Below are positions 36,801 to 50,700 of a stretch of DNA of 64,000 nt, piece after piece. Location of the stretch: NCBI GenBank assembly GCA_964276515.1, contig OZ193910.1, positions 6,882,001 through 6,946,000 on the forward strand, given 5' to 3'. A program made the translations under genes and the position numbers. Numbering within the stretch: the first letter of the stretch is position 1; every line of letters starts with the position of its first letter. The notes beneath the pieces were generated by a model that worked only from the letters and a program-made list of their open reading frames with translations, was not told the DNA's origin and did not search any database. The stretch is from Gordius albopunctatus (taxonomy: Eukaryota).

Positions 36801-39800
36801 ATCGTGATTTAGAGTTAATAATTTTTGATGACTGATCAAAAAAATGTTTTTCAAGCAATTCACCTCTTATACCGAAAACTTTCATGAGAGCTATATGGTT
36901 GAACAAAAAAATTGAAAAAATTTTGAGGTCGAAAAAAATATTATTTTTCAAATTCTTTCGAAAGGGAGATGAAAAAATCTTTAAAAGTTAGTAAATATTC
37001 TTAGAATTTTGTCCTTGTTAGAATCTTGATAGGAATTTTTGCGTTGGCGATGTTTGAGATTGAGAGAAATTAAAATTTTCGTGTGGCGTTTAGATTGATT
37101 AAAAATCGCTTTATAAGCGTGTCTCTAGTTTTAGTGAAACAAGCTCTATGCGATCGTGATTTAGAGTTAATAATTTTTGATGACTGATCAAAAAAATGTT
37201 TTTCAAGGAATTCATCTCTTATACGGAAAACTTTAATGAGAGCTATATGGTTGAACAAAAAAATTGAAAAAATTTTGAGGTCGAAAAAAATATTTTTTTT
37301 CATATTCTTTCGTAAGGGAGATGAAAAAATCTTTAAAAGTTATTAAATATTCTTAGCATTTTGTCCTTGTTAGAATCTTGATAGGAATTTTTGCGTGGGG
37401 GGATGTTTTAGATTGAGAGAAATTAAAATTTAGGTGTTGCGTTTATATTGTTTCAATATCGCTTTATAAGCGTGTCTCTAGTTTTAGTGAAACAAGCTCT
37501 ATGCGATCGTGATTTACAGTTAATAATTTTTGATGACTGATCAAAAAAATGTTTTTCAAGGAATTCATCTCTTATACGGAAAACTTTCATGAGAGCTATA
37601 TGGTTGAACAAAAAAAATTAAAACAATTTCGAGGTCGAAAAAAATATTATTTTTCATATTCTTTCGAAAGGGAGATGAAAAAATCTTTAAAAGTTAGTAA
37701 ATATTCTTAGAATTTTGTCCTTGTTAGAATCTTGATAGGAATTTTTGCGTTGGCGATGTTTGAGATTGAGAGAAATTAAAATTTTCGTGTGGCGTTTAGA
37801 TTGATTCGTGATTTAGAGTTAATAATTTTTGATGACTGATCAAAAAAATGTTTTTCAAGGAATTCACCTTTTATACCGAAAACTTTCATGAGAACTATAT
37901 GGTTGAACAAAAAAATTAAAACAATTTTGAGGTCGAAAAAAATATTATTTTTCATATTCTTTCGAAAGGGAGATGAAAAAATCTTTAAAAGTTAGTAAAT
38001 ATTCTTAGCATTTTGTCCTTTCTTGATAGGAATTTTTGCGTGGGGGATGTTTGAGATTGAGAGAAATTAAAATTTTCGTGTTGCGTTTATATTGTTTCAA
38101 TATCGCTTTATAAGCGTGTCTCTAGTTTTAGTGAAACAAGCTCTATGCGATCGTGATTTACAGTTAATAATTTTTGATGACTGATCAAAAAAATGTTTTT
38201 CAAGGAATTCACCTCTTATACCGAAAACTTTCATGAGAGCTATATGGTTGAACAAAAAAATTGAAAAAATTTTGAGGTCGAAAAAATTATTATTTTTTAT
38301 ATTCTTTCGAAAGGGAGATGAAAAAATCTTTAAAAGTTAGTAAATATTCTTAGCATTTTGTCCTTGTTAGAATCTTGATAGGAATTTATGCGTGGGGGGA
38401 TGTTTTAGATTGAGAGAAATTAAAATTTTCGTGTTGCGTTTAGATTGATTCAATATCGCTTTATAAGCGTGTCTCTAGTTTTAGTGAAACAAGCTCTATG
38501 CGATCGTGATTCAGAGTTAATAATTTTTGATGACTGATCAAAAAAATGTTTTTCAAGGAATTCATCTCTTATACGGAAAACTTTCATGAGAGCTATATGG
38601 TTGAACAAAAAAAATTAAAACAATTTCGAGGTCGAAAAAAATATTATTTTTCATATTCTTTCGAAAGGGAGATGAAAAAATCTTTAAAAGTTAGTAAATA
38701 TTCTTAGAATTTTGTCCTTGTTAGAATCTTGATAGGAATTTTTGCGTTGGCGATGTTTGAGATTGAGAGAAATTAAAATTTTCGTGTGGCGTTTAGATTG
38801 ATTCAATATCGCTTTATAAGCGTGTCTCTAGTTTTAGTGAAACAAGCTCTATGCGATCGTGATTTAGAGTTAATAATTTTTGATGACTGATCAAAAAAAT
38901 GTTTTTCAAGGAATTCACCTTTTATACCGAAAACTTTCATGAGAACTATATGGTTGAACAAAAAAATTAAAACAATTTTGAGGTCGAAAAAAATATTATT
39001 TTTCATATTCTTTCGAAAGGGAGATGAAAAAATCTTTAAAAGTTAGTAAATATTCTTAGCATTTTGTCCTTTCTTGATAGGAATTTTTGCGTGGGGGATG
39101 TTTGAGATTGAGAGAAATTAAAATTTTCGTGTTGCGTTTATATTGTTTCAATATCGCTTTATAAGCGTGTCTCTAGTTTTAGTGAAACAAGCTCTATGCG
39201 ATCGTGATTTACAGTTAATAATTTTTGATGACTGATCAAAAAAATGTTTTTCAAGGAATTCACCTCTTATACCGAAAACTTTCATGAGAGCTATATGGTT
39301 GAACAAAAAAATTGAAAAAATTTTGAGGTCGAAAAAAATATTATTTTTCAAATTCTTTCGAAAAGGAGATAAAAAAAGAATTTTTGCGTGGGGGATGTTT
39401 GAGATTGAGAGAAATTAAAATTTTCGTGTTGCGTTTATATTGTTTCAATATCGCTTTATAAGCGTGTCTCTAGTTTTAGTGAAACAAGCTCTATGCGATC
39501 GTGATTTACAGTTAATAATTTTTGATGACTGATCAAAAAAATGTTTTTCAAGGAATTCACCTCTTATACCGAAAACTTTCATGAGAGCTATATGGTTGAA
39601 CAAAAAAATTGAAAAAATTTTGAGGTCGAAAAAAATATTATTTTTCAAATTCTTTCGAAAAGGAGATAAAAAAAGAATTTTTGCGTGGGGGATGTTTGAG
39701 ATTGAGAGAAATTAAAATTTTCGTGTTGCGTTTAGATTGTTTCAATATCGCTTTATAAGCGTGTCTCTAGTTTTAGTGAAACAAGCTCTATGCGATGGTG

Positions 39801-42800
39801 ATTCATAGTTAATAATTTTTGATGACTGATCAAAAAAATGTTTTTCAAGGAATTCACCTCTTATACCGAAAACTTTCATGAGAGCTATATGGTTGAACAA
39901 AAAAAATTAAAACAATTTCGAGGTCGAAAAAAATATTATTTTTCATATTCTTTCGAAAGGGAGATGAAAAAATCTTTAAAAGTTAGTAAATATTCTTAGA
40001 ATTTTGTCCTTGTTAGAATCTTGATAGGAATTTTTGCGTTGGCGATGTTTGAGATTGAGAGAAATTAAAATTTTCGTGTGGCGTTTAGATTGATTCAATA
40101 TCGCTTTATAAGCGTGTCTCTAGTTTTAGTGAAACAAGCTCTATGCGATCGTGATTTAGAGTTAATAATTTTTGATGACTGATCAAAAAAATGTTTTTCA
40201 AGGAATTCACCTTTTATACCGAAAACTTTCATGAGAACTATATGGTTGAACAAAAAAATTAAAACAATTTTGAGGTCGAAAAAAATATTATTTTTCATAT
40301 TCTTTCGAAAGGGAGATGAAAAAATCTTTAAAAGTTAGTAAATATTCTTAGCATTTTGTCCTTTCTTGATAGGAATTTTTGCGTGGGGGATGTTTGAGAT
40401 TGAGAGAAATTAAAATTTTCGTGTTGCGTTTATATTGTTTCAATATCGCTTTATAAGCGTGTCTCTAGTTTTAGTGAAACAAGCTCTATGCGATGGTGAT
40501 TCAGAGTTAATAATTTTTGATGACTGATCAAAAAATGTTTTTCAAGGAATTCACCTCTTATACCGAAAACTTTCATGAGAACTATATGGTTGAACAAAAA
40601 AATTGAAAAAATTTTGAGGTCGAAAAAAATATTATTTTTCATATTTTTTCGAAAGGGAGATGAAAAAATCTTTAAAAGTTAGTAAATATTCTTAGCATTT
40701 TGTCCTTGTTAGAATATTGATAGAAATTTATGCGTGGGGGGATGTTTTAGATTGAGAGAAATTAAAATTTAGGTGTTGCGTTTATATTGTTTCAATATCG
40801 CTTTATAAGCGTGTCTCTAGTTTTAGTGTAACAAGCTCTATGCGATCGTGATTTAGAGTTAATAATTTTTGATGACTGATCAAAAAAATGTTTTTCAAGC
40901 AATTCACCTCTTATACCGAAAACTTTCATGAGAGCTATATGGTTGAACAAAAAAATTGAAAAAATTTTGAGGTCGAAAAAAATATTATTTTTCAAATTCT
41001 TTCGAAAAGGAGATGAAAAAATCTTTAAAAGTTAGTAAATATTCTTAGAATTTTGTCCTTGTTAGAATCTTGATAGGAATTTTTGCGTTGGCGATGTTTG
41101 AGATTGAGAGAAATTAAAATTTTCGTGTGGCGTTTAGATTGATTAAAAATCGCTTTATAAGCGTGTCTCTAGTTTTAGTGAAACAAGCTCTATGCGATCG
41201 TGATTTAGAGTTAATAATTTTTGATGACTGATCAAAAAAATGTTTTTCAAGGAATTCATCTCTTATACGGAAAACTTTAATGAGAGCTATATGGTTGAAC
41301 AAAAAAATTGAAAAAATTTTGAGGTCGAAAAAAATATTTTTTTTCATATTCTTTCGTAAGGGAGATGAAAAAATCTTTAAAAGTTATTAAATATTCTTAG
41401 CATTTTGTCCTTGTTAGAATCTTGATAGGAATTTTTGCGTGGGGGGATGTTTTAGATTGAGAGAAATTAAAATTTAGGTGTTGCGTTTATATTGTTTCAA
41501 TATCGCTTTATAAGCGTGTCTCTAGTTTTAGTGAAACAAGCTCTATGCGATCGTGATTTACAGTTAATAATTTTTGATGACTGATCAAAAAAATGTTTTT
41601 CAAGGAATTCATCTCTTATACGGAAAACTTTCATGAGAGCTATATGGTTGAACAAAAAAAATTAAAACAATTTCGAGGTCGAAAAAAATATTATTTTTCA
41701 TATTCTTTCGAAAGGGAGATGAAAAAATCTTTAAAAGTTAGTAAATATTCTTAGAATTTTGTCCTTGTTAGAATCTTGATAGGAATTTTTGCGTTGGCGA
41801 TGTTTGAGATTGAGAGAAATTAAAATTTTCGTGTGGCGTTTAGATTGATTCAATATCGCTTTATAAGCGTGTCTCTAGTTTTAGTGAAACAAGCTCTATG
41901 CGATCGTGATTTAGAGTTAATAATTTTTGATGACTGATCAAAAAAATGTTTTTCAAGGAATTCACCTTTTATACCGAAAACTTTCATGAGAACTATATGG
42001 TTGAACAAAAAAATTAAAACAATTTTGAGGTCGAAAAAAATATTATTTTTCATATTCTTTCGAAAGGGAGATGAAAAAATCTTTAAAAGTTAGTAAATAT
42101 TCTTAGCATTTTGTCCTTTCTTGATAGGAATTTTTGCGTGGGGGATGTTTGAGATTGAGAGAAATTAAAATTTTCGTGTTGCGTTTATATTGTTTCAATA
42201 TCGCTTTATAAGCGTGTCTCTAGTTTTAGTGAAACAAGCTCTATGCGATCGTGATTTACAGTTAATAATTTTTGATGACTGATCAAAAAAATGTTTTTCA
42301 AGGAATTCACCTCTTATACCGAAAACTTTCATGAGAGCTATATGGTTGAACAAAAAAATTGAAAAAATTTTGAGGTCGAAAAAATAATTATTTTTTATAT
42401 TCTTTCGAAAGGGAGATGAAAAAATCTTTAAAAGTTAGTAAATATTCTTAGCATTTTGTCCTTGTTAGAATCTTGATAGGAATTTATGCGTGGGGGGATG
42501 TTTTAGATTGAGAGAAATTAAAATTTTCGTGTTGCGTTTAGATTGATTCAATATCGCTTTATAAGTGTGTCTCTAGTTTTAGTGAAACAAGCTCTATGCG
42601 ATCGTGATTCAGAGTTAATAATTTTTGATGACTGATCAAAAAAATGTTTTTCAAGGAATTCATCTCTTATACGGAAAACTTTCATGAGAGCTATATGGTT
42701 GAACAAAAAAAATTAAAACAATTTCCAGGTCGAAAAAAATATTATTTTTCATATTCTTTCGAAAGGGAGATGAAAAAATCTTTAAAAGTTAGTAAATATT

Positions 42801-45800
42801 CTTAGAATTTTGTCCTTGTTAGAATCTTGATAGGAATTTTTGCGTTGGCGATGTTTGAGATTGAGAGAAATTAAAATTTTCGTGTGGCGTTTAGATTGAT
42901 TCAATATCGCTTTATAAGCGTGTCTCTAGTTTTAGTGAAACAAGCTCTATGCGATCGTGATTTAGAGTTAATAATTTTTGATGACTGATCAAAAAAATGT
43001 TTTTCAAGGAATTCACCTTTTATACCGAAAACTTTCATGAGAACTATATGGTTGAACAAAAAAATTAAAACAATTTTGAGGTCGAAAAAAATATTATTTT
43101 TCATATTCTTTCGAAAGGGAGATGAAAAAATCTTTAAAAGTTAGTAAATATTCTTAGCATTTTGTCCTTTCTTGATAGGAATTTTTGCGTGGGGGATGTT
43201 TGAGATTGAGAGAAATTAAAATTTTCGTGTTGCGTTTATATTGTTTCAATATCGCTTTATAAGCGTGTCTCTAGTTTTAGTGAAACAAGCTCTATGCGAT
43301 CGTGATTTACAGTTAATAATTTTTGATGACTGATCAAAAAAATGTTTTTCAAGGAATTCACCTCTTATACCGAAAACTTTCATGAGAGCTATATGGTTGA
43401 ACAAAAAAATTGAAAAAATTTTGAGGTCGAAAAAAATATTATTTTTCAAATTCTTTCGAAAAGGAGATAAAAAAAGAATTTTTGCGTGGGGGATGTTTGA
43501 GATTGAGAGAAATTAAAATTTTCGTGTTGCGTTTAGATTGTTTCAATATCGCTTTATAAGCGTGTCTCTAGTTTTAGTGAAACAAGCTCTATGCGATGGT
43601 GATTCAGAGTTAATAATTTTTGATGACTGATCAAAAAAATGTTTTTCAAGGAATTCACCTCTTATACCGAAAACTTTCATGAGAACTATATGGTTGAACA
43701 AAAAAATTGAAAAAATTTTGAGGTCGAAAAAAATATTATTTTTCATATTTTTTCGAAAGGGAGATGAAAAAATCTTTAAAAGTTAGTAAATATTCTTAGC
43801 ATTTTGTCCTTGTTAGAATATTGATAGAAATTTATGCGTGGGGGGATGTTTTAGATTGAGAGAAATTAAAATTTAGGTGTTGCGTTTATATTGTTTCAAT
43901 ATCGCTTTATAAGCGTGTCTCTAGTTTTAGTGTAACAAGCTCTATGCGATCGTGATTTAGAGTTAATAATTTTTGATGACTGATCAAAAAAATGTTTTTC
44001 AAGCAATTCACCTCTTATACCGAAAACTTTCATGAGAGCTATATGGTTGAACAAAAAAATTGAAAAAATTTTGAGGTCGAAAAAAATATTATTTTTCAAA
44101 TTCTTTCGAAAGGGAGATGAAAAAATCTTTAAAAGTTAGTAAATATTCTTAGAATTTTGTCCTTGTTAGAATCTTGATAGGAATTTTTGCGTTGGCGATG
44201 TTTGAGATTGAGAGAAATTAAAATTTTCGTGTGGCGTTTAGATTGATTAAAAATCGCTTTATAAGCGTGTCTCTAGTTTTAGTGAAACAAGCTCTATGCG
44301 ATCGTGATTTAGAGTTAATAATTTTTGATGACTGATCAAAAAAATGTTTTTCAAGGAATTCATCTCTTATACGGAAAACTTTAATGAGAGCTATATGGTT
44401 GAACAAAAAAATTGAAAAAATTTTGAGGTCGAAAAAACTATTTTTTTTCATATTCTTTCGTAAGGGAGATGAAAAAATCTTTAAAAGTTATTAAATATTC
44501 TTAGCATTTTGTCCTTGTTAGAATCTTGATAGGAATTTTTGCGTGGGGGGATGTTTTAGATTGAGAGAAATTAAAATTTAGGTGTTGCGTTTATATTGTT
44601 TCAATATCGCTTTATAAGCGTGTCTCTAGTTTTAGTGAAACAAGCTCTATGCGATCGTGATTTAGAGTTAATAATTTTTGATGACTGATCAAAAAAATGT
44701 TTTTCAAGGAATTCACCTTTTATACCGAAAACTTTCATGAGAACTATATGATTGAACAAAAAAATTAAAACAATTTTGAGGTCGAAAAAAATATTATTTT
44801 TCATATTCTTTCGAAAGGGAGATGAAAAAATCTTTAAAAGTTATTAAATATTCTTAGCATTTTGTCCTTGTTAGAATCTTGATAGGAATTTTTGCGTGGG
44901 GGGATGTTTTAGATTGAGAGAAATTAAAATTTAGGTGTTGAGTTTATATTGTTTCTATATCGCTTTATAAGCGTGTCTCTAGTTTTAGTGAAACAAGCTC
45001 TATGCGATCGTGATTTAGAGTTAATAATTTTTGATGACTGATCAAAAAAATGTTTTTCAAGGAATTCATCTCTTATACGGAAAACTTTCATGAGAGCTAT
45101 ATGGTTGAACAAAAAAATTGAAAAAATTTTGAGGTCGAAAAAAATATTATTTTTCATATTCTTTCGAAAGGGAGATGAAAAAATCTTTAAAAGTTAGTAA
45201 ATATTCTTAGCATTTTGTCCTTGTTAGAATCTTGATAGGAATTTTTGCGTGGGGGGATGTTTTAGATTGAGAGAAATTAAAATTTAGGTGTTGCGTTTAT
45301 ATTGTTTCAATATCGCTTTATAAGCGTGTCCCTAGTTTTAGTGAAACAAGCTCTATGCGATCGTGATTTAGAGTTAATAATTTTTGATGACTGATCAAAA
45401 AAATGTTTTTCAAGGAATTCATCTCTTATACGGAAAACTTTCATGAGAGCTATATGGTTGAACAAAAAAAATTAAAACAATTTCGAGGTCGAAAAAAATA
45501 TTATTTTTTATATTCTTTCGAAAGGGAGATGAAAAAATCTTTAAAAGTTAGTAAATATTCTTAGCATTTTGTCCTTTCTTGATAGGAATTTTTGCGTGGG
45601 GGATGTTTGAGATTGAGAGAAATTAAAATTTTCGTGTTGAGTTTATATTGTTTCAATATCGCTTTATAAGCGTGTCTCTAGTTTTAGTGAAACAAGCTCT
45701 ATGCGATCGTGATTTAGAGTTAATAATTTTTGATGACTGATCAAAAAAATGTTTTTCAAGGAATTCATCTCTTATACGGAAAACTTTCATGAGAGCTATA

Positions 45801-47759
45801 TGGTTGAACAAAAAAAATTAAAACAATTTCGAGGTCGAAAAAATTATTATTTTTTATATTCTTTCGAAAGGGAGATGAAAAAATCTCTAAAAGTTAGTAA
45901 ATATTCTTAGCATTTTGTCCTTGTTAGAATCTTGATAGGAATTTATTCGTGGGGGGATGTTTTAGATTGAGAGAAATTAAAATTTTCGTGTTGCGTTTAG
46001 ATTGATTCAATATCGCTTTATAAGCGTGTCTCTAGTTTTAGTGAAACAAGCTCTATGCGATCGTGATTCAGAGTTAATAATTTTTGATGACTGATCAAAA
46101 AAATGTTTTTCAAGGAATTCATCTCTTATACGGAAAACTTTCATGAGAGCTATATGGTTGAACAAAAAAAATTAAAACAATTTCGAGGTCGAAAAAAATA
46201 TTATTTTTCATATTCTTTCGAAAGGGAGATGAAAAAATCTTTAAAAGTTAGTAAATATTCTTAGAATTTTGTCCTTGTTAGAATCTTGATAGGAATTTTT
46301 GCGTTGGCGATGTTTGAGATTGAGAGAAATTAAAATTTTCGTGTGGCGTTTAGATTGATTCAATATCGCTTTATAAGCGTGTCTCTAGTTTTAGTGAAAC
46401 AAGCTCTATGCGATCGTGATTTAGAGTTAATAATTTTTGATGACTGATCAAAAAAATGTTTTTCAAGGAATTCACCTTTTATACCGAAAACTTTCATGAG
46501 AACTATATGGTTGAACAAAAAAATTAAAACAATTTTGAGGTCGAAAAAAATATTATTTTTCATATTCTTTCGAAAGGGAGATGAAAAAATCTTTAAAAGT
46601 TAGTAAATATTCTTAGCATTTTGTCCTTTCTTGATAGGAATTTTTGCGTGGGGGATGTTTGAGATTGAGAGAAATTAAAATTTTCGTGTTGCGTTTATAT
46701 TGTTTCAATATCGCTTTATAAGCGTGTCTCTAGTTTTAGTGAAACAAGCTCTATGCGATCGTGATTTACAGTTAATAATTTTTGATGACTGATCAAAAAA
46801 ATGTTTTTCAAGGAATTCACCTCTTATACCGAAAACTTTCATGAGAGCTATATGGTTGAACAAAAAAATTGAAAAAATTTTGAGGTCGAAAAAAATATTA
46901 TTTTTCAAATTCTTTCGAAAGGGAGATGAAAAAATCTTTAAAAGTTAGTAAATATTCTTAGAATTTTGTCCTTGTTAGAATCTTGATAGGAATTTTTGCG
47001 TTGGCGATGTTTGAGATTGAGATAAATTAAAATTTTCGTGTGGCGTTTAGATTGATTAAATATCGCTTTATAAGCGTGTCTCTAGTTTTAGTGAAACAAG
47101 CTCTATGCGATCGTGATTCAGAGTTAATAATTTTTGATGACTGATCAAAAAAATGTTTTTCAAGGAATTCATCTCTTATACGGAAAACTTTAATGAGAGC
47201 TATATGGTTGAACAAAAAAATTGAAAAAATTTTGAGGTCGAAAAAAATATTTTTTTTCATATTCTTTCGTAAGGGAGATGAAAAAATCTTTAAAAGTTAT
47301 TAAATATTCTTAGCATTTTGTCCTTGTTAGAATCTTGATAGGAATTTTTGCGTGGGGGGATGTTTTAGATTGAGAGAAATTAAAATTTAGGTGTTGCGTT
47401 TATATTGTTTCAATATCGCTTTATAAGCGTGTCTCTAGTTTTAGTGAAACAAGCTCTATGCGATCGTGATTTAGAGTTAATAATTTTTGATGACTGATCA
47501 AAAAAATGTTTTTCAAGGAATTCATCTCTTATACGGAAAACTTTCATGAGAGCTATATGGTTGAACAAAAAAAATTAAAACAATTTCGAGGTCGAAAAAA
47601 ATATTATTTTTCATATTCTTTCGAAAGGGAGATGAAAAAATCTTTAAAAGTTAGTAAATATTCTTAGAATTTTGTCCTTGTTAGAATCTTGATAGGAATT
47701 TTTGCGTTGGCGATGTTTGAGATTGAGAGAAATTAAAATTTTCGTGTGGCGTTTAGATT

Positions 47760-50700
47760 GATTCAATATCGCTTTATAAGCGTGTCTCTAGTTTTAGTGA
47801 AACAAGCTCTATGCGATCGTGATTTAGAGTTAATAATTTTTGATGACTGATCAAAAAAATGTTTTTCAAGGAATTCACCTTTTATACGGAAAACTTTCAT
47901 GAGAGCTATATGGTTGAACAAAAAAAATTAAAACAATTTCGAGGTCGAAAAAAATATTATTTTTCATATTCTTTCGAAAGGGAGATGAAAAAATCTTTAA
48001 AGGTTAGTAAATATTCTTAGAATTTTGTCCTTGTTAGAATCTTGATAGGAATTTTTGCGTTGGCGATGTTTGAGATTGAGAGAAATTAAAATTTTCGTGT
48101 GGCGTTTAGATTGATTCAATATCGCTTTATAAGCGTGTCTCTAGTTTTAGTGAAACAAGCTCTATGCGATCGTGATTTAGAGTTAATAATTTTTGATGAC
48201 TGATCAAAAAAATGTTTTTCAAGGAATTCATCTCTTATACGGAAAACTTTAATGAGAGCTATATGGTTGAACAAAAAAATTGAAAAAATTTTGAGGTCGA
48301 AAAAAATATTTTTTTTCATATTCTTTCGAAAGGGAGATGAAAAAATCTCTAAAAGTTATTAAATATTCTTAGCATTTTGTCCTTGTTAGAATCTTGATAG
48401 GAATTTTTGCGTGGGGGGATGTTTTAGATTGAGAGAAATTAAAATTTAGGTGTTGCGTTTATATTGTTTCAATATCGCTTTATAAGCGTGTCTCTAGTTT
48501 TAGTGAAACAAGCTCTATGCGATCGTGATTTAGAGTTAATAATTTTTGATGACTGATCAAAAAAATGTTTTTCAAGGAATTCACCTCTTATACCAAAAAC
48601 TTTCATGAGAACTATATGGTTGAACAAAAAAATTGAAAAAATTTTGAGGTCGAAAAAAATATTATTTTTCATATTCTTTCGAAAGGGAGATGAAAAAATC
48701 TTTAAAAGTTATTAAATATTCTTAGCATTTTGTCCTTGTTAGAATCTTGATAGGAATTTTTGCGTGGGGGGATGTTTTAGATTGAGAGAAATTAAAATTT
48801 AGGTGTTGCGTTTATATTGTTTCAATATCGCTTTATAAGCGTGTCTCTAGTTTTAGTGTAACAAGCTCTATGCGATCGTGATTTAGAGTTAATAATTTTT
48901 GATGACTGATCAAAAAAATGTTTTTCAAGCAATTCACCTCTTATACCGAAAACTTTCATGAGAGCTATATGGTTGAACAAAAAAATTGAAAAAATTTTGA
49001 GGTCGAAAAAAATATTATTTTTCAAATTCCTTCGAAAGGGAGATGAAAAAATCTTTAAAAGTTAGTAAATATTCTTAGAATTTTGTCCTTGTTAGAATCT
49101 TGATAGGAATTTTTGCGTTGGCGATGTTTGAGATTGAGAGAAATTAAAATTTTCGTGTGGCGTTTAGATTCATTCAATATCGCTTTATAAGCGTGTCTCT
49201 AGTTTTAGTGAAACAAGCTCTATGCGATCGTGATTTAGAGTTAATAATTTTTGATGACTGATCAAAAAAATGTTTTTCAAGGAATTCATCTCTTATACGG
49301 AAAACTTTAATGAGAGCTATATGGTTGAACAAAAAAATTGAAAAAATTTTGAGGTCGAAAAAAATATTTTTTTTCATATTCTTTCGAAAGGGAGATGAAA
49401 AAATCTTTAAAAGTTATTAAATATTCTTAGCATTTTGTCCTTGTTAGAATCTTGATAGGAATTTTTGCGTGGGGGGATGTTTTAGATTGAGAGAAATTAA
49501 AATTTAGGTGTTGAGTTTATATTGTTTCTATATCGCTTTATAAGCGTGTCTCTAGTTTTAGTGAAACAAGCTCTATGCGATCGTGATTTAGAGTTAATAA
49601 TTTTTGATGACTGATCAAAAAAATGTTTTTCAAGGAATTCATCTCTTATACGGAAAACTTTCATGAGAGCTATATGGTTGAACAAAAAAATTGAAAAAAT
49701 TTTGAGGTCGAAAAAAATATTATTTTTCATATTCTTTCGAAAGGGAGATGAAAAAATCTTTAAAAGTTAGTAAATATTCTTAGCATTTTGTCCTTGTTAG
49801 AATCTTGATAGGAATTTTTGCGTGGGGGGATGTTTTAGATTGAGAGAAATTAAAATTTAGGTGTTGCGTTTATATTGTTTCAATATCGCTTTATAAGCGT
49901 GTCCCTAGTTTTAGTGAAACAAGCTCTATGCGATCGTGATTTAGAGTTAATAATTTTTGATGACTGATCAAAAAAATGTTTTTCAAGGAATTCATCTCTT
50001 ATACGGAAAACTTTCATGAGAGCTATATGGTTGAACAAAAAAAATTAAAACAATTTCGAGGTCGAAAAAAATATTATTTTTTATATTCTTTCGAAAGGGA
50101 GATGAAAAAATCTTTAAAAGTTAGTAAATATTCTTAGCATTTTGTCCTTTCTTGATAGGAATTTTTGCGTGGGGGATGTTTGAGATTGAGAGAAATTAAA
50201 ATTTTCGTGTTGAGTTTATATTGTTTCAATATCGCTTTATAAGCGTGTCTCTAGTTTTAGTGAAACAAGCTCTATGCGATCGTGATTTACAGTTAATAAT
50301 TTTTGATGACTGATCAAAAAAATGTTTTTCAAGGAATTCACCTCTTATACCGAAAACTTTCATGAGAACTATATGGTTGAACAAAAAAATTGAAAAAATT
50401 TTGAGGTCGAAAAAAATATTTTTTTTCATATTCTTTCGTAAGGGAGATGAAAAAATCTTTAAAAGTTAGTAAATATTCTTAGAATTTTGTCCTTGTTAGA
50501 ATCTTGATAGGAATTTTTGCGTTGGCGATGTTTGAGATTGAGAGAAATTAAAATTTTCGTGTGGCGTTTAGATTGATTCAATATCGCTTTATAAGCGTGT
50601 CTCTAGTTTTAGTGAAACAAGCTCTATGCGATCGTGATTTACAGTTAATAATTTTTGATGACTGATCAAAAAAATGTTTTTCAAGGAATTCACCTCTTAT

